Numbered from the stretch's first letter, positions 1-10,756 are shown. The stretch: DNA of 64,000 nucleotides from Synergistales bacterium (GCA_963666205.1 OY762654.1:1760001-1824000), one strand, 5' to 3'. Notes: generated from the letters alone by a model not told the origin. Program-made: numbers and translations.

Positions 1-506
1 CCCTTTGGCGTGTAGAGGATCTCGAAAGCATCCCTGTCCTTTGACTGGCTGGTGAAGGATATCATGTAATTGATGGATTTAGTGTGGGGCATGAACCTGT
101 CTGCATCGATGGGCTGAAGTGCAACCCCTTCTAGATAACTTTCAGGGGCGGGTTTACGGGTTTCCTGGAAAATTATGAATAATCTTGGAGAAGTGAAAGT
201 AAGGCTTTCCGGGTCAAATACATCTCCCCCTGTTATGTAGGGTCTTATAACAGCCTCTGAATCCATTTTATCTATACCTTCCCGAATAATTGAGACCATT
301 TCATCATAGGTGAGGGGAAGGGAAATGCCAGATTCCATGGCGGATTTCTCAAACCTGCGAAGGTGTGCAGTAAGCCTTATGGGGCGTTTCATATGGGTGC
401 TTAGAGAGTCAAAAACACCTACTCCTCTCTGGATGATCAGGTCCGTGAGGGGAAGAGCAGCTTCGCTAAGGGGAATAAAAGAACCGTTTATATAACAGAG
501 ATCCAT
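1..506 (-). CDS. Class IV PLP aminotransferase (BCAT / D-amino-acid transaminase / ADC lyase family), truncated by the window edge
   Basis: Not in the ORF track. Manual translation from ATG at 506 (GGAGG upstream) gives [35 protein letters not shown]...[13 protein letters not shown], matching the fold-type IV N-terminus. Confidence 0.8.
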   Translation of the reverse strand, partial: MDLCYINGSFIPLSEAALPLTDLIIQRGVGVFDSLSTHMKRPIRLTAHLRRFEKSAMESGISLPLTYDEMVSIIREGIDKMDSEAVIRPYITGGDVFDPESLTFTSPRLFIIFQETRKPAPESYLEGVALQPIDADRFMPHTKSINYMISFTSQSKDRDAFEILYTPK

Positions 507-809
507 CAGTATTAAGCCTCCATATGGCAGAATTGATCAGGCAATTGTATCAGAAAAGGGAATCGGGAGCGATGGGTGACTCTGGAGCCCGAACCTCGAT
601 TCATCCCGGCCTTACGTTGCGGGGACTGTCAATGAGCGTCCTGGTAGGATATAATCTTTCTTGGAATGATCCCTTGCCGGAAGGTTTTCTCAGCTACTGC
701 GCAGGGAGATTTCTACAGGGTGGATGTTTCTGTTATTTCTTGCATATTTCATCTATATTATTTGCGTTCTTGTGGAATATGATGATCTTTCTCGGGAGAA
801 AGTCGCTAT

Positions 810-3485
810 ATGTTCATAATTCATGACTCAGTCAGGCGTCTTGCCCATGGCCTTTTTTCGGCTTCTACATTTGTCCTTCTTACGTTCATCATCCTTATCA
901 CCCCGTTGGAGGCGGAGGTTAAGGTCCCCCATGTTCTGATCCTTAATTCCTATGGTGAGATTTTCCCCTGGACCGAAAACCTTACGGACAGTATTATTTC
1001 CACCTTTAATGAGGGGAAATTCAGAGCCGAACTCATTGTTGAATTCATGGACAGCAAAAGGTTTGCCTATTCCGGTTATATGGGACGACTGGCCGAGGTC
1101 TATTCCAAGAAATACCGCAACGTAGAATTTAAACTTATAATTGCCACCGATGATAATGCTGTTCGCTTCCTTTCTCTTTTTGGAAATCTTCTTTTCCCCG
1201 GAGTTCCGGTTGTATTCCTTGGAGTAAATGACAGAACTTTTATAAGGGAAGCTAATTTCCCGAATATGACCGGCTTTATAGAAAACATTGATATCAGGGG
1301 AACTGTTGAACTAGCCCTTTCTCTTCATCCTGTGACCCGAAAACTGGTTCTGATCAGTGACTTTACCAGAACCGGGATCAATCATATCCAGAGGTTCAGA
1401 GAACTAAGACAGACCCTCCCGGAAGATCTTGAGATCATCGAACTTATTGGTCTTGAAAGGGCAGATCTTGAAAGACGACTCAAGGCTCTTGATAAGGACA
1501 GTGTGGTCCTTTTCTTCTCCTATTACAGAGATTCCACTGGAAATGGCTATTTCCCCAAACAGGTTCAGGAAATTCTGAAGGCAGCTGGGTCAGTGCCCGT
1601 ATATTCCTTCTGGGACTATATGGTATCCCAGCCTGGAGGATCCGTATTGGGAGGCATGACCATATCTTCCACTTCCTATGGCCGTGATGCTGCCAGAACA
1701 GCCATATCTATCCTCAGCGGAAAGACATTATCTGAAATCCCCATCGAATGGGATGGACCTGAAACACATCCGTCCTTTAACTATCATCTTCTTAAAGAGA
1801 ATGGAATTAAAGAAAAAGATCTTCCTGAAACATCGCAAATCTACAATATTCCCCAGTCTGTTTTTTCCGGGTATGGAAAGGTAATTCTTGCCAATATGGG
1901 ATTCCTGCTGTCTCTTGTCATTCTGGTTTTCTATCTGGCTATGAACGTTTATTCCAGGAAGAAGACAGAAAAAGCTTTGTCAAGAGAAAAGAAGTACTGG
2001 GAGAGCCTTTTCGAATATTCTCCGGAGGCTATCGTCTGCTCTGATTCAAAGGGAATACTGAAAAGATCCAACAGGAAGTTCCATGAACTTTTTGGATACC
2101 AGGAGAAAGAGATAATCGGTAAATCTCTTGACGGTCTTTTTGCAAGATCCAGAGAACAGTTCAGGGAAGCTACAGCATTAAGCCGTACTATGAGTGAGGG
2201 GAAGAGAGTAGGTGTGGAAACGACCCGTATGGCAAAGGATGGAAGCAATATCCCGGTATTGATGATGGGACTTCCCCTTAGCATAGGTGGTAAGCATATG
2301 GCCGATTTCTGTATTTACAGGGACATAACGGATCAGAAAAGATCCGAAGAGGAACTCAAACATCGGCTGAGATTCGAGGAAGTCCTTTCAAGGGTTTCTT
2401 CAAAACTTGTTTTTGTGAAGAACGTGGACAGGGTAGTTCTGGAAGTAATGGAGGAGTTAAGAATATTTCTGGGATGCTCTTACATCGGACTGGCAAGAAT
2501 AGACAGGCCTTCTGGATCCGTTAACATAACCCATGAAGCTTATGAAGAAGACGTCCTTCCCTTTAAAATAAAAAATACACCTCTCAATAACGTATCTGGC
2601 GTGATGAGGGATCTCCGTACCATGGGAGAATTTATCCTTGAGGATATCTCATCCCGCAGCATAGTCGATCCTTTTATCAGCACTATTACTGAAAAACGGG
2701 ACAGCCGATCTCTTCTGATCCTTCCTCTTCACATGAAAAAGGATCTCGAAGGAATGCTGATATTTGAAAACCTCTGGATCGGTAAACACTGGAACGATTA
2801 CGATATAAGCCTTCTGCAGACCTTCAGTGACATTTTGGGAGAAGCCTTCAGGAGGGTATCTTCTTCTGAAAAACTCCAGACCACCATGACCGATCTCAAA
2901 CGGGCCTTTGAAGGTACCTTCAGCACCATGACCAAGATACTCGAAATTAAAGACCCTTATACAGCTGGTCATCAGCAGAAAGTCACCCAGCTTGCCAAAG
3001 CCATAGCCCTGGAGATGAACCTTCCTGTAGACAGGGTGGATGCAGTATATTACGCTTCCCTCGTCCATGATATCGGCAAGATCAACATTCCAAGCGAGAT
3101 CCTGAGCAAACCTGTAAAACTGACGGAAATTGAGTTTTCTCTTATCAAAAACCATACAACCTATGGTTGGGAGATACTCCACAACATATTTTTCCCATGG
3201 CCCATTTCGGATATTGTTCTTCAACACCATGAGAGACTTGACGGTTCAGGATATCCCAAAGGTCTGAAAGGTCGGGAGATACTGCTTGAAGCCAGAATAA
3301 TTACCGTGGCAGATGTAGTAGAGGCCATGGCATCGGATAGACCCTATCGGCCGAGCCTTGGTATAGAAAAAGCCCTGGAAGAAATAGAGAAGAACAGCGG
3401 TCGATGGTATATGCCGGAGGCCGTAAGAGCCTGTATAACCCTTTTCAGGGAAAAGGGTTTTATTTTCAGGGAGCCTTCACAATGA
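810..3485 (+). CDS. Membrane HD-GYP phosphodiesterase with extracytoplasmic substrate-binding-like sensor, TM, PAS and GAF domains
   Basis: KDPYTAGHQ, HDIGK, HHERLDGSGYP and RPYR motifs; hydrophobic N-terminus and a mid-protein TM segment. Confidence 0.9.
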   Translation: MFIIHDSVRRLAHGLFSASTFVLLTFIILITPLEAEVKVPHVLILNSYGEIFPWTENLTDSIISTFNEGKFRAELIVEFMDSKRFAYSGYMGRLAEVYSKKYRNVEFKLIIATDDNAVRFLSLFGNLLFPGVPVVFLGVNDRTFIREANFPNMTGFIENIDIRGTVELALSLHPVTRKLVLISDFTRTGINHIQRFRELRQTLPEDLEIIELIGLERADLERRLKALDKDSVVLFFSYYRDSTGNGYFPKQVQEILKAAGSVPVYSFWDYMVSQPGGSVLGGMTISSTSYGRDAARTAISILSGKTLSEIPIEWDGPETHPSFNYHLLKENGIKEKDLPETSQIYNIPQSVFSGYGKVILANMGFLLSLVILVFYLAMNVYSRKKTEKALSREKKYWESLFEYSPEAIVCSDSKGILKRSNRKFHELFGYQEKEIIGKSLDGLFARSREQFREATALSRTMSEGKRVGVETTRMAKDGSNIPVLMMGLPLSIGGKHMADFCIYRDITDQKRSEEELKHRLRFEEVLSRVSSKLVFVKNVDRVVLEVMEELRIFLGCSYIGLARIDRPSGSVNITHEAYEEDVLPFKIKNTPLNNVSGVMRDLRTMGEFILEDISSRSIVDPFISTITEKRDSRSLLILPLHMKKDLEGMLIFENLWIGKHWNDYDISLLQTFSDILGEAFRRVSSSEKLQTTMTDLKRAFEGTFSTMTKILEIKDPYTAGHQQKVTQLAKAIALEMNLPVDRVDAVYYASLVHDIGKINIPSEILSKPVKLTEIEFSLIKNHTTYGWEILHNIFFPWPISDIVLQHHERLDGSGYPKGLKGREILLEARIITVADVVEAMASDRPYRPSLGIEKALEEIEKNSGRWYMPEAVRACITLFREKGFIFREPSQ

Positions 3486-6160
3486 ACAGGACAAGTATGA
3501 AGATGTTTTCAAATGTTTTTCCGGTCAGACTGACTTCCCTCTTCCTCTTCCTTTGTATTGCCGGCCTGCTTCTGTTTCCCCTTTCAACGCCATCAAGAGG
3601 GGATGACGGGAAAAAGGTCCTTCTTATTCATTCCTATCACAGGGGCTATCAATGGACGGACAGTCTTAACAAGTGGATAGTCAAGACGATCACAGAGGAG
3701 AGGCCTTCCACAGATTTTTACGTGGAATATATGGATACAAAACGCTACTATACCCATGGTTTCCTCTTTGATCTTGCCATGATCTACAAACAGAAGTATA
3801 TGTCCATAGATCTGGATCTTGTGATCTGTACCGATGACAATGCATATAAACTTATGCAGTATTATGGAGCGAACCTTTTCCCGGGAGTGCCGGTTGTCTT
3901 CTGCGGGGTGAACGACCCCTTCCTTGTACAAAGACAGGCCATAGAGATCCGAACCGGGTTGATGCAGACCCCGGCCAGCATTGAAACGGTTCTTCTGGCC
4001 CTCGAAATTCAGCCTGAAACAAGGAACATCGCCCTTCTCTATGATTCGACGGGAACGGCCCTTGAGAACAGGAATAATTTTTTCAAAAAAATTTCCGAAC
4101 TACCGGAAGACTTGACAATTATCGAGATCCCCCAGATGAAGGAAGCGGATCTCAAATACAAACTTTCAAGCCTTCCTGAGCAAACGGTGATACTCCTTCT
4201 GGGTTACTGGAGATCCAGTGAAGGAATTTTCTATAATCCCTTAAGCCTCCTGGAACTCATAAAAGGAGCCTGTGATCTTCCGGTATATTCCATGCTGGGA
4301 TTTATGACAGAGGAATGTGGGGCCCTCGGAGGGAAGGCCGACTTCGGATATGAACATGGGACTATTGCCGCAAGTATGGCTTTAAAGCTCCTTCAGGGAG
4401 AATCAGTGGAGAAAATCCCTGTTATATGGGAAGGGCCTTCAAAATATGTCTTTAACTATGATGAACTTATACGTTTTGGAATAGATCCGAAGGATCTTCC
4501 CCGTGACAGTATTATCTTTCACAGGCCGGAAAACTTTTTTGAGCGTTACCGCCAGATAATAATAATCAACGTTATTATTATCCTTGTGCTTCTATTTATG
4601 GCAGGGTATCTCTACGCAAATGTTCACAGTAGGAAAAAGGCAGAAAGGGAACTTCTGAAGGAGAAGGAATTCATGGAGCAGCTTTTTGAAAATTCTCCGG
4701 AAGGGATAGTCCTTATTGACAGTGAAGACAGGATACGCAGGGCTAACAAGGAAATGGCCAGGCTATTCAAATACCGCATGAAAGATATGATCGGTGCCAG
4801 GATTAACAGTATCGTAGCTGGAAATCCGGAAATGATGGAGGAGGCCAGCCGTTTTTCCAGGCGTTCACTTGCAGGGCATGAATTTATGGTTGAAACGGTG
4901 AGGCATAGATCCGATGGAACAGAATTTCCCGTTTCCATCTGCGGGATGCCCTTTGAAGTTGATGGAGAAATGATGGTTTACGGAATTTACAGAGATATCA
5001 GCGAGAGGAAAAGAGCTGAGGAAAAGCTTAAAAAAAGGCTGAAATTTGAAGAGTTTATCTCAAAGATCTCGTCAAGAATGATATTCGAGAGCAATCTGGA
5101 AAATCTGCTGAATGAAAGCCTGGAAAATCTGTGTGGAATAATAAATGCTGCAAGGGGACACATCGTATTTTTTGAGAACGATCATTCCCAGTTTAATGCG
5201 ATCAGTGAATGGACCTTCCATTATGACAATATCCTTACCAGGGACAAGTGGACTTCAGCTGTTCAGGATTTCCGCTGGATGATAGACCACCTGAAGGAAT
5301 TTGGTCAGATAATTGCTGAGGATCTGGATTCTTTCAAAGCTATTTCTGAAGAGGATAGGATTCTACTTACCAATGATCTTGATACTTCTGCTCTTATAGC
5401 TCTCCCTTTCTATAGAGAGGAGAAGCTTAATGGCTTTATAGGAATTTACGATCCCTGGCCAGAACAGGTATGGAACAGTCAGGATATTAACCTCCTGAGG
5501 ACATACAGGGATATTGTGGGGGAAGCTTTTCTTCGTAAAGAGTCCGAAGACAAGCTTCAGAAAAGCCTTGAGTCCCTGAAACGAACCTTCGAAGGCACCA
5601 TAGATTCCGTAGGAAAGATCCTGGAGGTGCGGGATCCCTATACTTCAGGGCACCAGCGCCGGGTGGCTCATCTGGCCGTAGCCATAGCAAACGAACTTGA
5701 GCTTGAGGAGGATCGTATCACTGGACTCTATTACGCTGCCCTTGTCCATGACATAGGAAAGATCAATGTACCAAGCGAGATACTCAGTAAACCCGACAGG
5801 CTGACACCAATTGAAGAAGCACTTGTAAAGCATCATTGTAATTATGGTTGGGAAATACTGGAAAAAGTAGACTTTCCATGGCCCGTTGCGGAGATGGTGC
5901 TGCAGCATCATGAACATTTTGACGGATCCGGCTATCCAAGGGGACTGCAAGGCGATGAGATCCTTATAGAAGCCAGGATCCTCACAGTTGCAGATATGGT
6001 GGAAGCCATGTCCTCGGACAGGCCTTACAGGCCGGCTCTTGGCCTGGATATGGCCCTGGAGAATATCATACGTTTCAGCGGGAAACTGTACGACCCCCGG
6101 GTTTCAAAGATCTGCCTGTCCCTTTTCAGGGAGAAGGGTTTTGAACTCAGAGATAAATAA
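3482..6160 (+). CDS. Second membrane HD-GYP phosphodiesterase, same architecture (paralog of 810..3485)
   Basis: RDPYTSGHQ, HDIGK, HHEHFDGSGYP; ATG at 3482 overlaps the upstream stop (ATGA), preferred over the track start at 3404. Confidence 0.9.
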   Translation: MNRTSMKMFSNVFPVRLTSLFLFLCIAGLLLFPLSTPSRGDDGKKVLLIHSYHRGYQWTDSLNKWIVKTITEERPSTDFYVEYMDTKRYYTHGFLFDLAMIYKQKYMSIDLDLVICTDDNAYKLMQYYGANLFPGVPVVFCGVNDPFLVQRQAIEIRTGLMQTPASIETVLLALEIQPETRNIALLYDSTGTALENRNNFFKKISELPEDLTIIEIPQMKEADLKYKLSSLPEQTVILLLGYWRSSEGIFYNPLSLLELIKGACDLPVYSMLGFMTEECGALGGKADFGYEHGTIAASMALKLLQGESVEKIPVIWEGPSKYVFNYDELIRFGIDPKDLPRDSIIFHRPENFFERYRQIIIINVIIILVLLFMAGYLYANVHSRKKAERELLKEKEFMEQLFENSPEGIVLIDSEDRIRRANKEMARLFKYRMKDMIGARINSIVAGNPEMMEEASRFSRRSLAGHEFMVETVRHRSDGTEFPVSICGMPFEVDGEMMVYGIYRDISERKRAEEKLKKRLKFEEFISKISSRMIFESNLENLLNESLENLCGIINAARGHIVFFENDHSQFNAISEWTFHYDNILTRDKWTSAVQDFRWMIDHLKEFGQIIAEDLDSFKAISEEDRILLTNDLDTSALIALPFYREEKLNGFIGIYDPWPEQVWNSQDINLLRTYRDIVGEAFLRKESEDKLQKSLESLKRTFEGTIDSVGKILEVRDPYTSGHQRRVAHLAVAIANELELEEDRITGLYYAALVHDIGKINVPSEILSKPDRLTPIEEALVKHHCNYGWEILEKVDFPWPVAEMVLQHHEHFDGSGYPRGLQGDEILIEARILTVADMVEAMSSDRPYRPALGLDMALENIIRFSGKLYDPRVSKICLSLFREKGFELRDK

Positions 6161-6375
6161 AAGGAGACCTGGCCTTTAACTCCGCTGAGATTAATTCCAT
6201 CTTCTTTGACATGTGCAACAGGGCAGTTGCCCCTTTGTGCAGGGTTAAGAAATTTTACCTCGGTTACAAACATTCTATAATGTATAATACTGTAAGCACA
6301 AAAGAGAAGAAATATAATATTTTAAGAATATATTAATATAATTCAAACAATTTGTTTTAAGGAGGGGGGAATTTT

Positions 6376-7461
6376 ATGGCCAGGGAGATATTAGCCATAA
6401 ATCCTGGTTCTACAAGTACCAAGATCGCGTGGTTCAGGGATGAAGAAGAGATATGGAGAGAGACGGTACGCCATGATCCTGAAGAGGTGGCCAGATTTGA
6501 ACATGTAGCAGATCAGTATGCCTTCAGACTTGAGACCATTGAAGAAGCAGTTGGCAAGCATGGTGTTTCAATGGATTCGCTTGATGCGGTAGTAGGAAGG
6601 GGAGGCGTATTTGATCCCATTCCAGGCGGAACATATGAAGTGGATAATACTCTTATCGCCAGGGCTAAAGTGGGGAAACCATGGGACCATGCATCCAATC
6701 TGGGATGTATCCTGGCCGATGCAATCGCCAGCCCCAGAGGGATCCCTGCCTTCATAGTGGACCCCGTTGCGGTGGATGAAATGGATCCCATGGCCAAGCT
6801 GACTGGCCTTCCTGAACTTCCCAAACATGCACTTTCCCATGCCCTTAATATAAAAGCTACCGTAAGAATGGCTGCCAGGGATCTTGAAAAGGACTGGAAG
6901 GAATTGAACTTTGTAGTGGTCCATCTTGGAGGAGGCATCAGTATATGTGCCCATGCCAGGGGTAAAATGGTTGACCTTAACAGCGGTAATGATTTCGGTC
7001 CCTTTTCACCGGAGAGAACAGGCGGTCTTCCTGCAGGTGATCTCGCCAGAAAATGTTATTCCGGTGAATTCAACCAGAAGGATATGCTTAAGGAACTGGT
7101 CGGAAGGGGCGGAGTAATGGCCTATCTGGGGACCAGTGATATGAGAGAAGTCAAGAACAGGATAGATGGTGGTGACAAGGAAGCTGAGGCAGTGGTGAGG
7201 GCCATGGCTTTCCAGATCGCCAAGGAGATAGGAGCCCAGGCTACCTCGATTGCAGGTAAGGTTGATGCCATCCTTGTAACCGGAGGAGTTGCATACTATG
7301 ATGAACTTGTGGCTATGATCCAGGAAAGGGTTCAATGGATAGCCCCGGTTCTCAGGTATCCCGGTGAGGATGAGATGAGGCCCCTTGCCATGGGCGGTCT
7401 TCGAGTACTGAAGGGGGAAGAGGCCCCTCAGAAATATGGGGATTACCATAAGGGGGAATAG
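6376..7461 (+). CDS. buk: Butyrate / branched-chain carboxylate kinase
   Basis: AINPGSTSTK, VVGRGG, HASNLG, HALN, HLGGGIS, GPFSPER and YPGEDE motifs. Confidence 0.95.
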   Translation: MAREILAINPGSTSTKIAWFRDEEEIWRETVRHDPEEVARFEHVADQYAFRLETIEEAVGKHGVSMDSLDAVVGRGGVFDPIPGGTYEVDNTLIARAKVGKPWDHASNLGCILADAIASPRGIPAFIVDPVAVDEMDPMAKLTGLPELPKHALSHALNIKATVRMAARDLEKDWKELNFVVVHLGGGISICAHARGKMVDLNSGNDFGPFSPERTGGLPAGDLARKCYSGEFNQKDMLKELVGRGGVMAYLGTSDMREVKNRIDGGDKEAEAVVRAMAFQIAKEIGAQATSIAGKVDAILVTGGVAYYDELVAMIQERVQWIAPVLRYPGEDEMRPLAMGGLRVLKGEEAPQKYGDYHKGE

Positions 7462-7464
7462 CTT

Positions 7465-8370
7465 ATGTCCCTGAAAAAACTGGATTTCCTTTTTGAAAAA
7501 TGCAAAGAGGGCTGCCATATGAATCTCGCTGTAGCCTGTCCCCACGGCACGGATGCCCTGGGTGCGGTATGCAGGGCTCATCATGATGGACTTGTCAACG
7601 GTATTCTTGTAGGGGATCCTGAAAGAATGAAGAGAATGGCTGAAGAACAGGGCTATGATCTGTCAGGTCTTGAAATAGTAGAAGAGAAAAACGATTATAT
7701 TGCAGCTGAAAGAGCAGTAAAGATGGTCTCAGCCGGAGAAGCCGACCTCCTGATGAAGGGGCTTGTGAAGACAGCTGCTCTCCTGAAGGCCGTGCTTAAC
7801 AAGGAATGGGGGATGAGAACAGGTTCCCTTCTTTCTCACCTTCTCCTTTTCGAAGTGCCCCTTCTTGACTACCGGGTCTTCGGTCTGGCAGATGCGGGGA
7901 TGAATATGTATCCCGATCTGAACGCAAAGGCCGGCATAATAGAAAATTCCGTTGAATGCTTCCATAAGCTTGGAGTGGAGAACCCCGGGGTGGCAGCCCT
8001 TGCGGCAGTCGAGGCTGTCAATCCCGACATGCCATGCACAATTGATGCGGCAGCACTTACACAGATGAACAGGAGAGGACAGATAAAGGGTTGTACCGTT
8101 GACGGTCCCTTTGCCCTTGACAATGCAGTGAGTCTTGAATCGGCCAGGATCAAGGGTATAGATTCTCCCGTTGCCGGAAATGCTGATCTGCTCCTTGTTC
8201 CTGATATAGAGGCCGGAAATATACTGGCCAAGGTGGTCCTTTACATGGTCAAGGCCAGAGGAGCCGGAGTGGTCCTTGGTGCAAGCCGGCCAATTGTTAT
8301 GACAAGCCGCTTCGATTCCATGGAGACCAAGCTTGCTTCCATAGCCCTTGGGGCGACACTGGCAAAATAA
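7465..8370 (+). CDS. ptb: Phosphate butyryltransferase (PTA/PTB family)
   Basis: LMKG, LLSH, DGPFALDNA, VPDIEAGN and TSR motifs; adjacent to buk. Confidence 0.9.
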   Translation: MSLKKLDFLFEKCKEGCHMNLAVACPHGTDALGAVCRAHHDGLVNGILVGDPERMKRMAEEQGYDLSGLEIVEEKNDYIAAERAVKMVSAGEADLLMKGLVKTAALLKAVLNKEWGMRTGSLLSHLLLFEVPLLDYRVFGLADAGMNMYPDLNAKAGIIENSVECFHKLGVENPGVAALAAVEAVNPDMPCTIDAAALTQMNRRGQIKGCTVDGPFALDNAVSLESARIKGIDSPVAGNADLLLVPDIEAGNILAKVVLYMVKARGAGVVLGASRPIVMTSRFDSMETKLASIALGATLAK

Positions 8371-8487
8371 TTTTAGATTTTAGATTTGCGATTTTGGATT
8401 AAATTCAAAATCCAAATCAAAAATAAATGCTATTTTGGATCCTTGTTCTGTGTTTTCAATCCAAAATTGGCAATCGAAAATCTGAAA
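8371..8487. repeat. Intergenic heptamer-like (GATTTT[A/G]) repeats arranged as an imperfect 30-bp inverted repeat
   Basis: 8371-8400 ttttagattttagatttgcgattttggatt matches the reverse complement of 8458-8487 at 25/30 positions; further internal partial copies. Confidence 0.75.
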
Positions 8488-8614
8488 TTGAATGGGTTTT
8501 TCCATTCTGTATAATGTATTTGCCTTTTTCCATTTCATGGGGTAACCTTTGAAAGGTTTGTGAAAAAAATCAGTAATTTGAAATTTTATATAATCTTAGG
8601 GAGGTTTTTCAGGT

Positions 8615-9547
8615 ATGGAACAGATTCGTTCGCTGTCAGCTCTTCTCGAATATGCTAAAAAGATCGGAGCAGAGCAGGGTCCCAAAACAATCAGTGTCGC
8701 AATGGCTGAGAATGCTGGTCTCATTTCATCTCTCGAGGAGGCAAGAGTATCCGGTATAGCAAACTCCATTCTTGTAGGTAATGCAGACAAGATCGCTGCT
8801 GCAGCCAGTGAAGCAGGGGTAGACCTTGCAAACTTTGAAGTCATTGATGAAAAAAGCGAGGCCAAAATGGGTCTTGTAGCAGTTGAAAAGGTATCTTCCG
8901 GCAAGGCCGATATCTATATGAAGGGACAGATCCACACCAATGATTTCCTTCGCGGAATGCTCAACAAGGAAGTAGGCCTTCGTATGGGCAAGAATACCAT
9001 ATCACACTGTTATTTCCATTCCGTAGAGGGTTACGATCGTATTTTCTTTATCTGCGATGCCGCCTTCAACATGTATCCCGACCTTGGCCAGAAGGCCAAC
9101 ATTATCCAGAATACTGTCAATTTTGCCAGAGCCTTAGGTGTGGCCGAGCCCAAGGTTGCTGTTCTCGCTGCCGTAGAAGTTGTCAATCCTGATATGCCAT
9201 GTACCCTTGAAGCTTCAGCCCTTACACAGATGAACCGCCGTGGTCAGATCAAAAACTGTGTTGTGGATGGTCCCTTTGCTCTGGACAATGCTATCAGTGA
9301 AGAGTCTGCAAAAACAAAGGGAATCGTTTCTCCTGTAGCCGGCAAGGCAGATGTACTCGCGGTTCCCGATATCGAAGCAGGAAACATGCTTGCCAAGGCT
9401 ATTGTCTATTTCTCAAAGAACGAAACAGCAGGTCTTATACTTGGAGCAGCAGCACCTGTTGTTCTGACAAGCAGGGCTGATTCTCCCAGAGCCAAGCTTC
9501 TTTCTCTTGCAGCTGCAGTTGCTCTTTCCGCTTTCCAGAAGAAATAA
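8615..9547 (+). CDS. ptb: Phosphate butyryltransferase, second paralog
   Basis: YMKG, DGPFALDNA, VPDIEAGN and LTSRADS motifs. Confidence 0.9.
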   Translation: MEQIRSLSALLEYAKKIGAEQGPKTISVAMAENAGLISSLEEARVSGIANSILVGNADKIAAAASEAGVDLANFEVIDEKSEAKMGLVAVEKVSSGKADIYMKGQIHTNDFLRGMLNKEVGLRMGKNTISHCYFHSVEGYDRIFFICDAAFNMYPDLGQKANIIQNTVNFARALGVAEPKVAVLAAVEVVNPDMPCTLEASALTQMNRRGQIKNCVVDGPFALDNAISEESAKTKGIVSPVAGKADVLAVPDIEAGNMLAKAIVYFSKNETAGLILGAAAPVVLTSRADSPRAKLLSLAAAVALSAFQKK

Positions 9548-9685
9548 CCTTTAAGGGCAGAATTTCCCCTTATGGGTTTGTTCAACAGATCCAGGGGTTG
9601 CATATATATTTTTCATGTTTAGTGAAAAAGAAGGGGCCGCCCTGCTGCAGCGGCCCCTATCTTGTAATTTATAGGGGGATTGTAC

Positions 9686-10756
9686 ATGAAGATACTTGCC
9701 ATAAACCCGGGTTCTACAAGCACAAAGGTTGCTTTTTTTGAGGATGACAGGGAAATATGGAGCGATACCCAGAGGTATGACGTTGATGTCCTGAAGGAAT
9801 TCCACGGAATAATGGCCCAGCAGGATTTCAGACTTGACGAGATCCGTAAGGTAGTAGAAGCAAATAAAACAGACCTCTCTGAACTTGATGCCGTTGTTGG
9901 AAGAGGAGGTCTTCTGAGGCCTATTCCCGGAGGAACCTACGAAGTGAATTCGGATATGACAGATGATCTTGGTTCCTGTAAATATGGAGCCCATGCCAGC
10001 AACCTGGGAGCGGGTCTTGCTGTTAGCCTGGCAAGAGAAGGCGGCTGCAACAGGGCTTTCATTGTTGATCCTGTAGTAGTGGATGAACTCATTCCTGAAG
10101 CTCGTTTAAGCGGTATGCCCGGTATCGACAGAAGATCCATCTGGCATGCCCTTAACCAGAAAGCTGTAGCACGAAGGGCTGCTGGAGAAATGGGGAAAAA
10201 ATATGAAGATCTGAACATCATTGTAGCCCATATGGGAGGCGGCATTTCCGTTGGGGCACATGAAAATGGAAAGACCATAGATGTTAACAATGCTCTTGAC
10301 GGCGAAGGACCCTTCTCTCCAGAGAGGGCCGGTTCCCTGCCTGCAGGCGGGCTGGTCAGGCTGGCCTACAGCGGGAAATATGATCTGCCCGAGCTTCTGA
10401 AGAAAATGGTAGGTAATGGCGGCCTGGTGGCCCATCTCGGTACGAACGACCTGAGGGAAGTCCAGAAGATGATAGAGTCGGGCAATGAAAAGGCGAAACT
10501 GGTCTTTGAAGCCCTGGCCCTTCAGGTAGCCAAGGAGATCGGTTCCCGCGCAGCAGTTCTCAAAGGTAAAGTTGATGCCATTGTTCTTACTGGAGGTTTG
10601 GCCTACAGCGATATGCTTGTGCAGAGGATAAGGGAAAGGGTATCTTATATAGCCGATATCAAGGTATATCCAGGAGAGGATGAAATGATGGCCCTTGCAG
10701 AAGGAGCCATGAGAGTCCTGAAAGGCGAGGAAGAGGCCAACGTTTACAAGGGATAG
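9686..10756 (+). CDS. buk: Butyrate kinase, second paralog
   Basis: INPGSTSTK, GRGG, HASNLG, HALNQKA, HMGGGIS and GPFSPERAG; ATG 9686 (TTG 9680 is an alternative start). Confidence 0.95.
   Translation: MKILAINPGSTSTKVAFFEDDREIWSDTQRYDVDVLKEFHGIMAQQDFRLDEIRKVVEANKTDLSELDAVVGRGGLLRPIPGGTYEVNSDMTDDLGSCKYGAHASNLGAGLAVSLAREGGCNRAFIVDPVVVDELIPEARLSGMPGIDRRSIWHALNQKAVARRAAGEMGKKYEDLNIIVAHMGGGISVGAHENGKTIDVNNALDGEGPFSPERAGSLPAGGLVRLAYSGKYDLPELLKKMVGNGGLVAHLGTNDLREVQKMIESGNEKAKLVFEALALQVAKEIGSRAAVLKGKVDAIVLTGGLAYSDMLVQRIRERVSYIADIKVYPGEDEMMALAEGAMRVLKGEEEANVYKG

Noticed and set aside
524-826. GC-rich intergenic stretch considered as a riboswitch, 6S RNA, tRNA or the 100-aa ORF
   Set aside because: No consensus of T-box, SAM, TPP, glmS, ZTP, SRP or tRNA could be matched on either strand, and the ORF has no protein-like features. 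An Rfam scan would settle it.
8371-8487. CRISPR array
   Set aside because: Only short degenerate heptamers, no repeat-spacer structure and no cas genes.
8558-8575. Possible Rex box (ttgtgaaaaaaatcagta) upstream of the second ptb
   Set aside because: Only the left half matches TTGTGAA-N4-TTCACAA.
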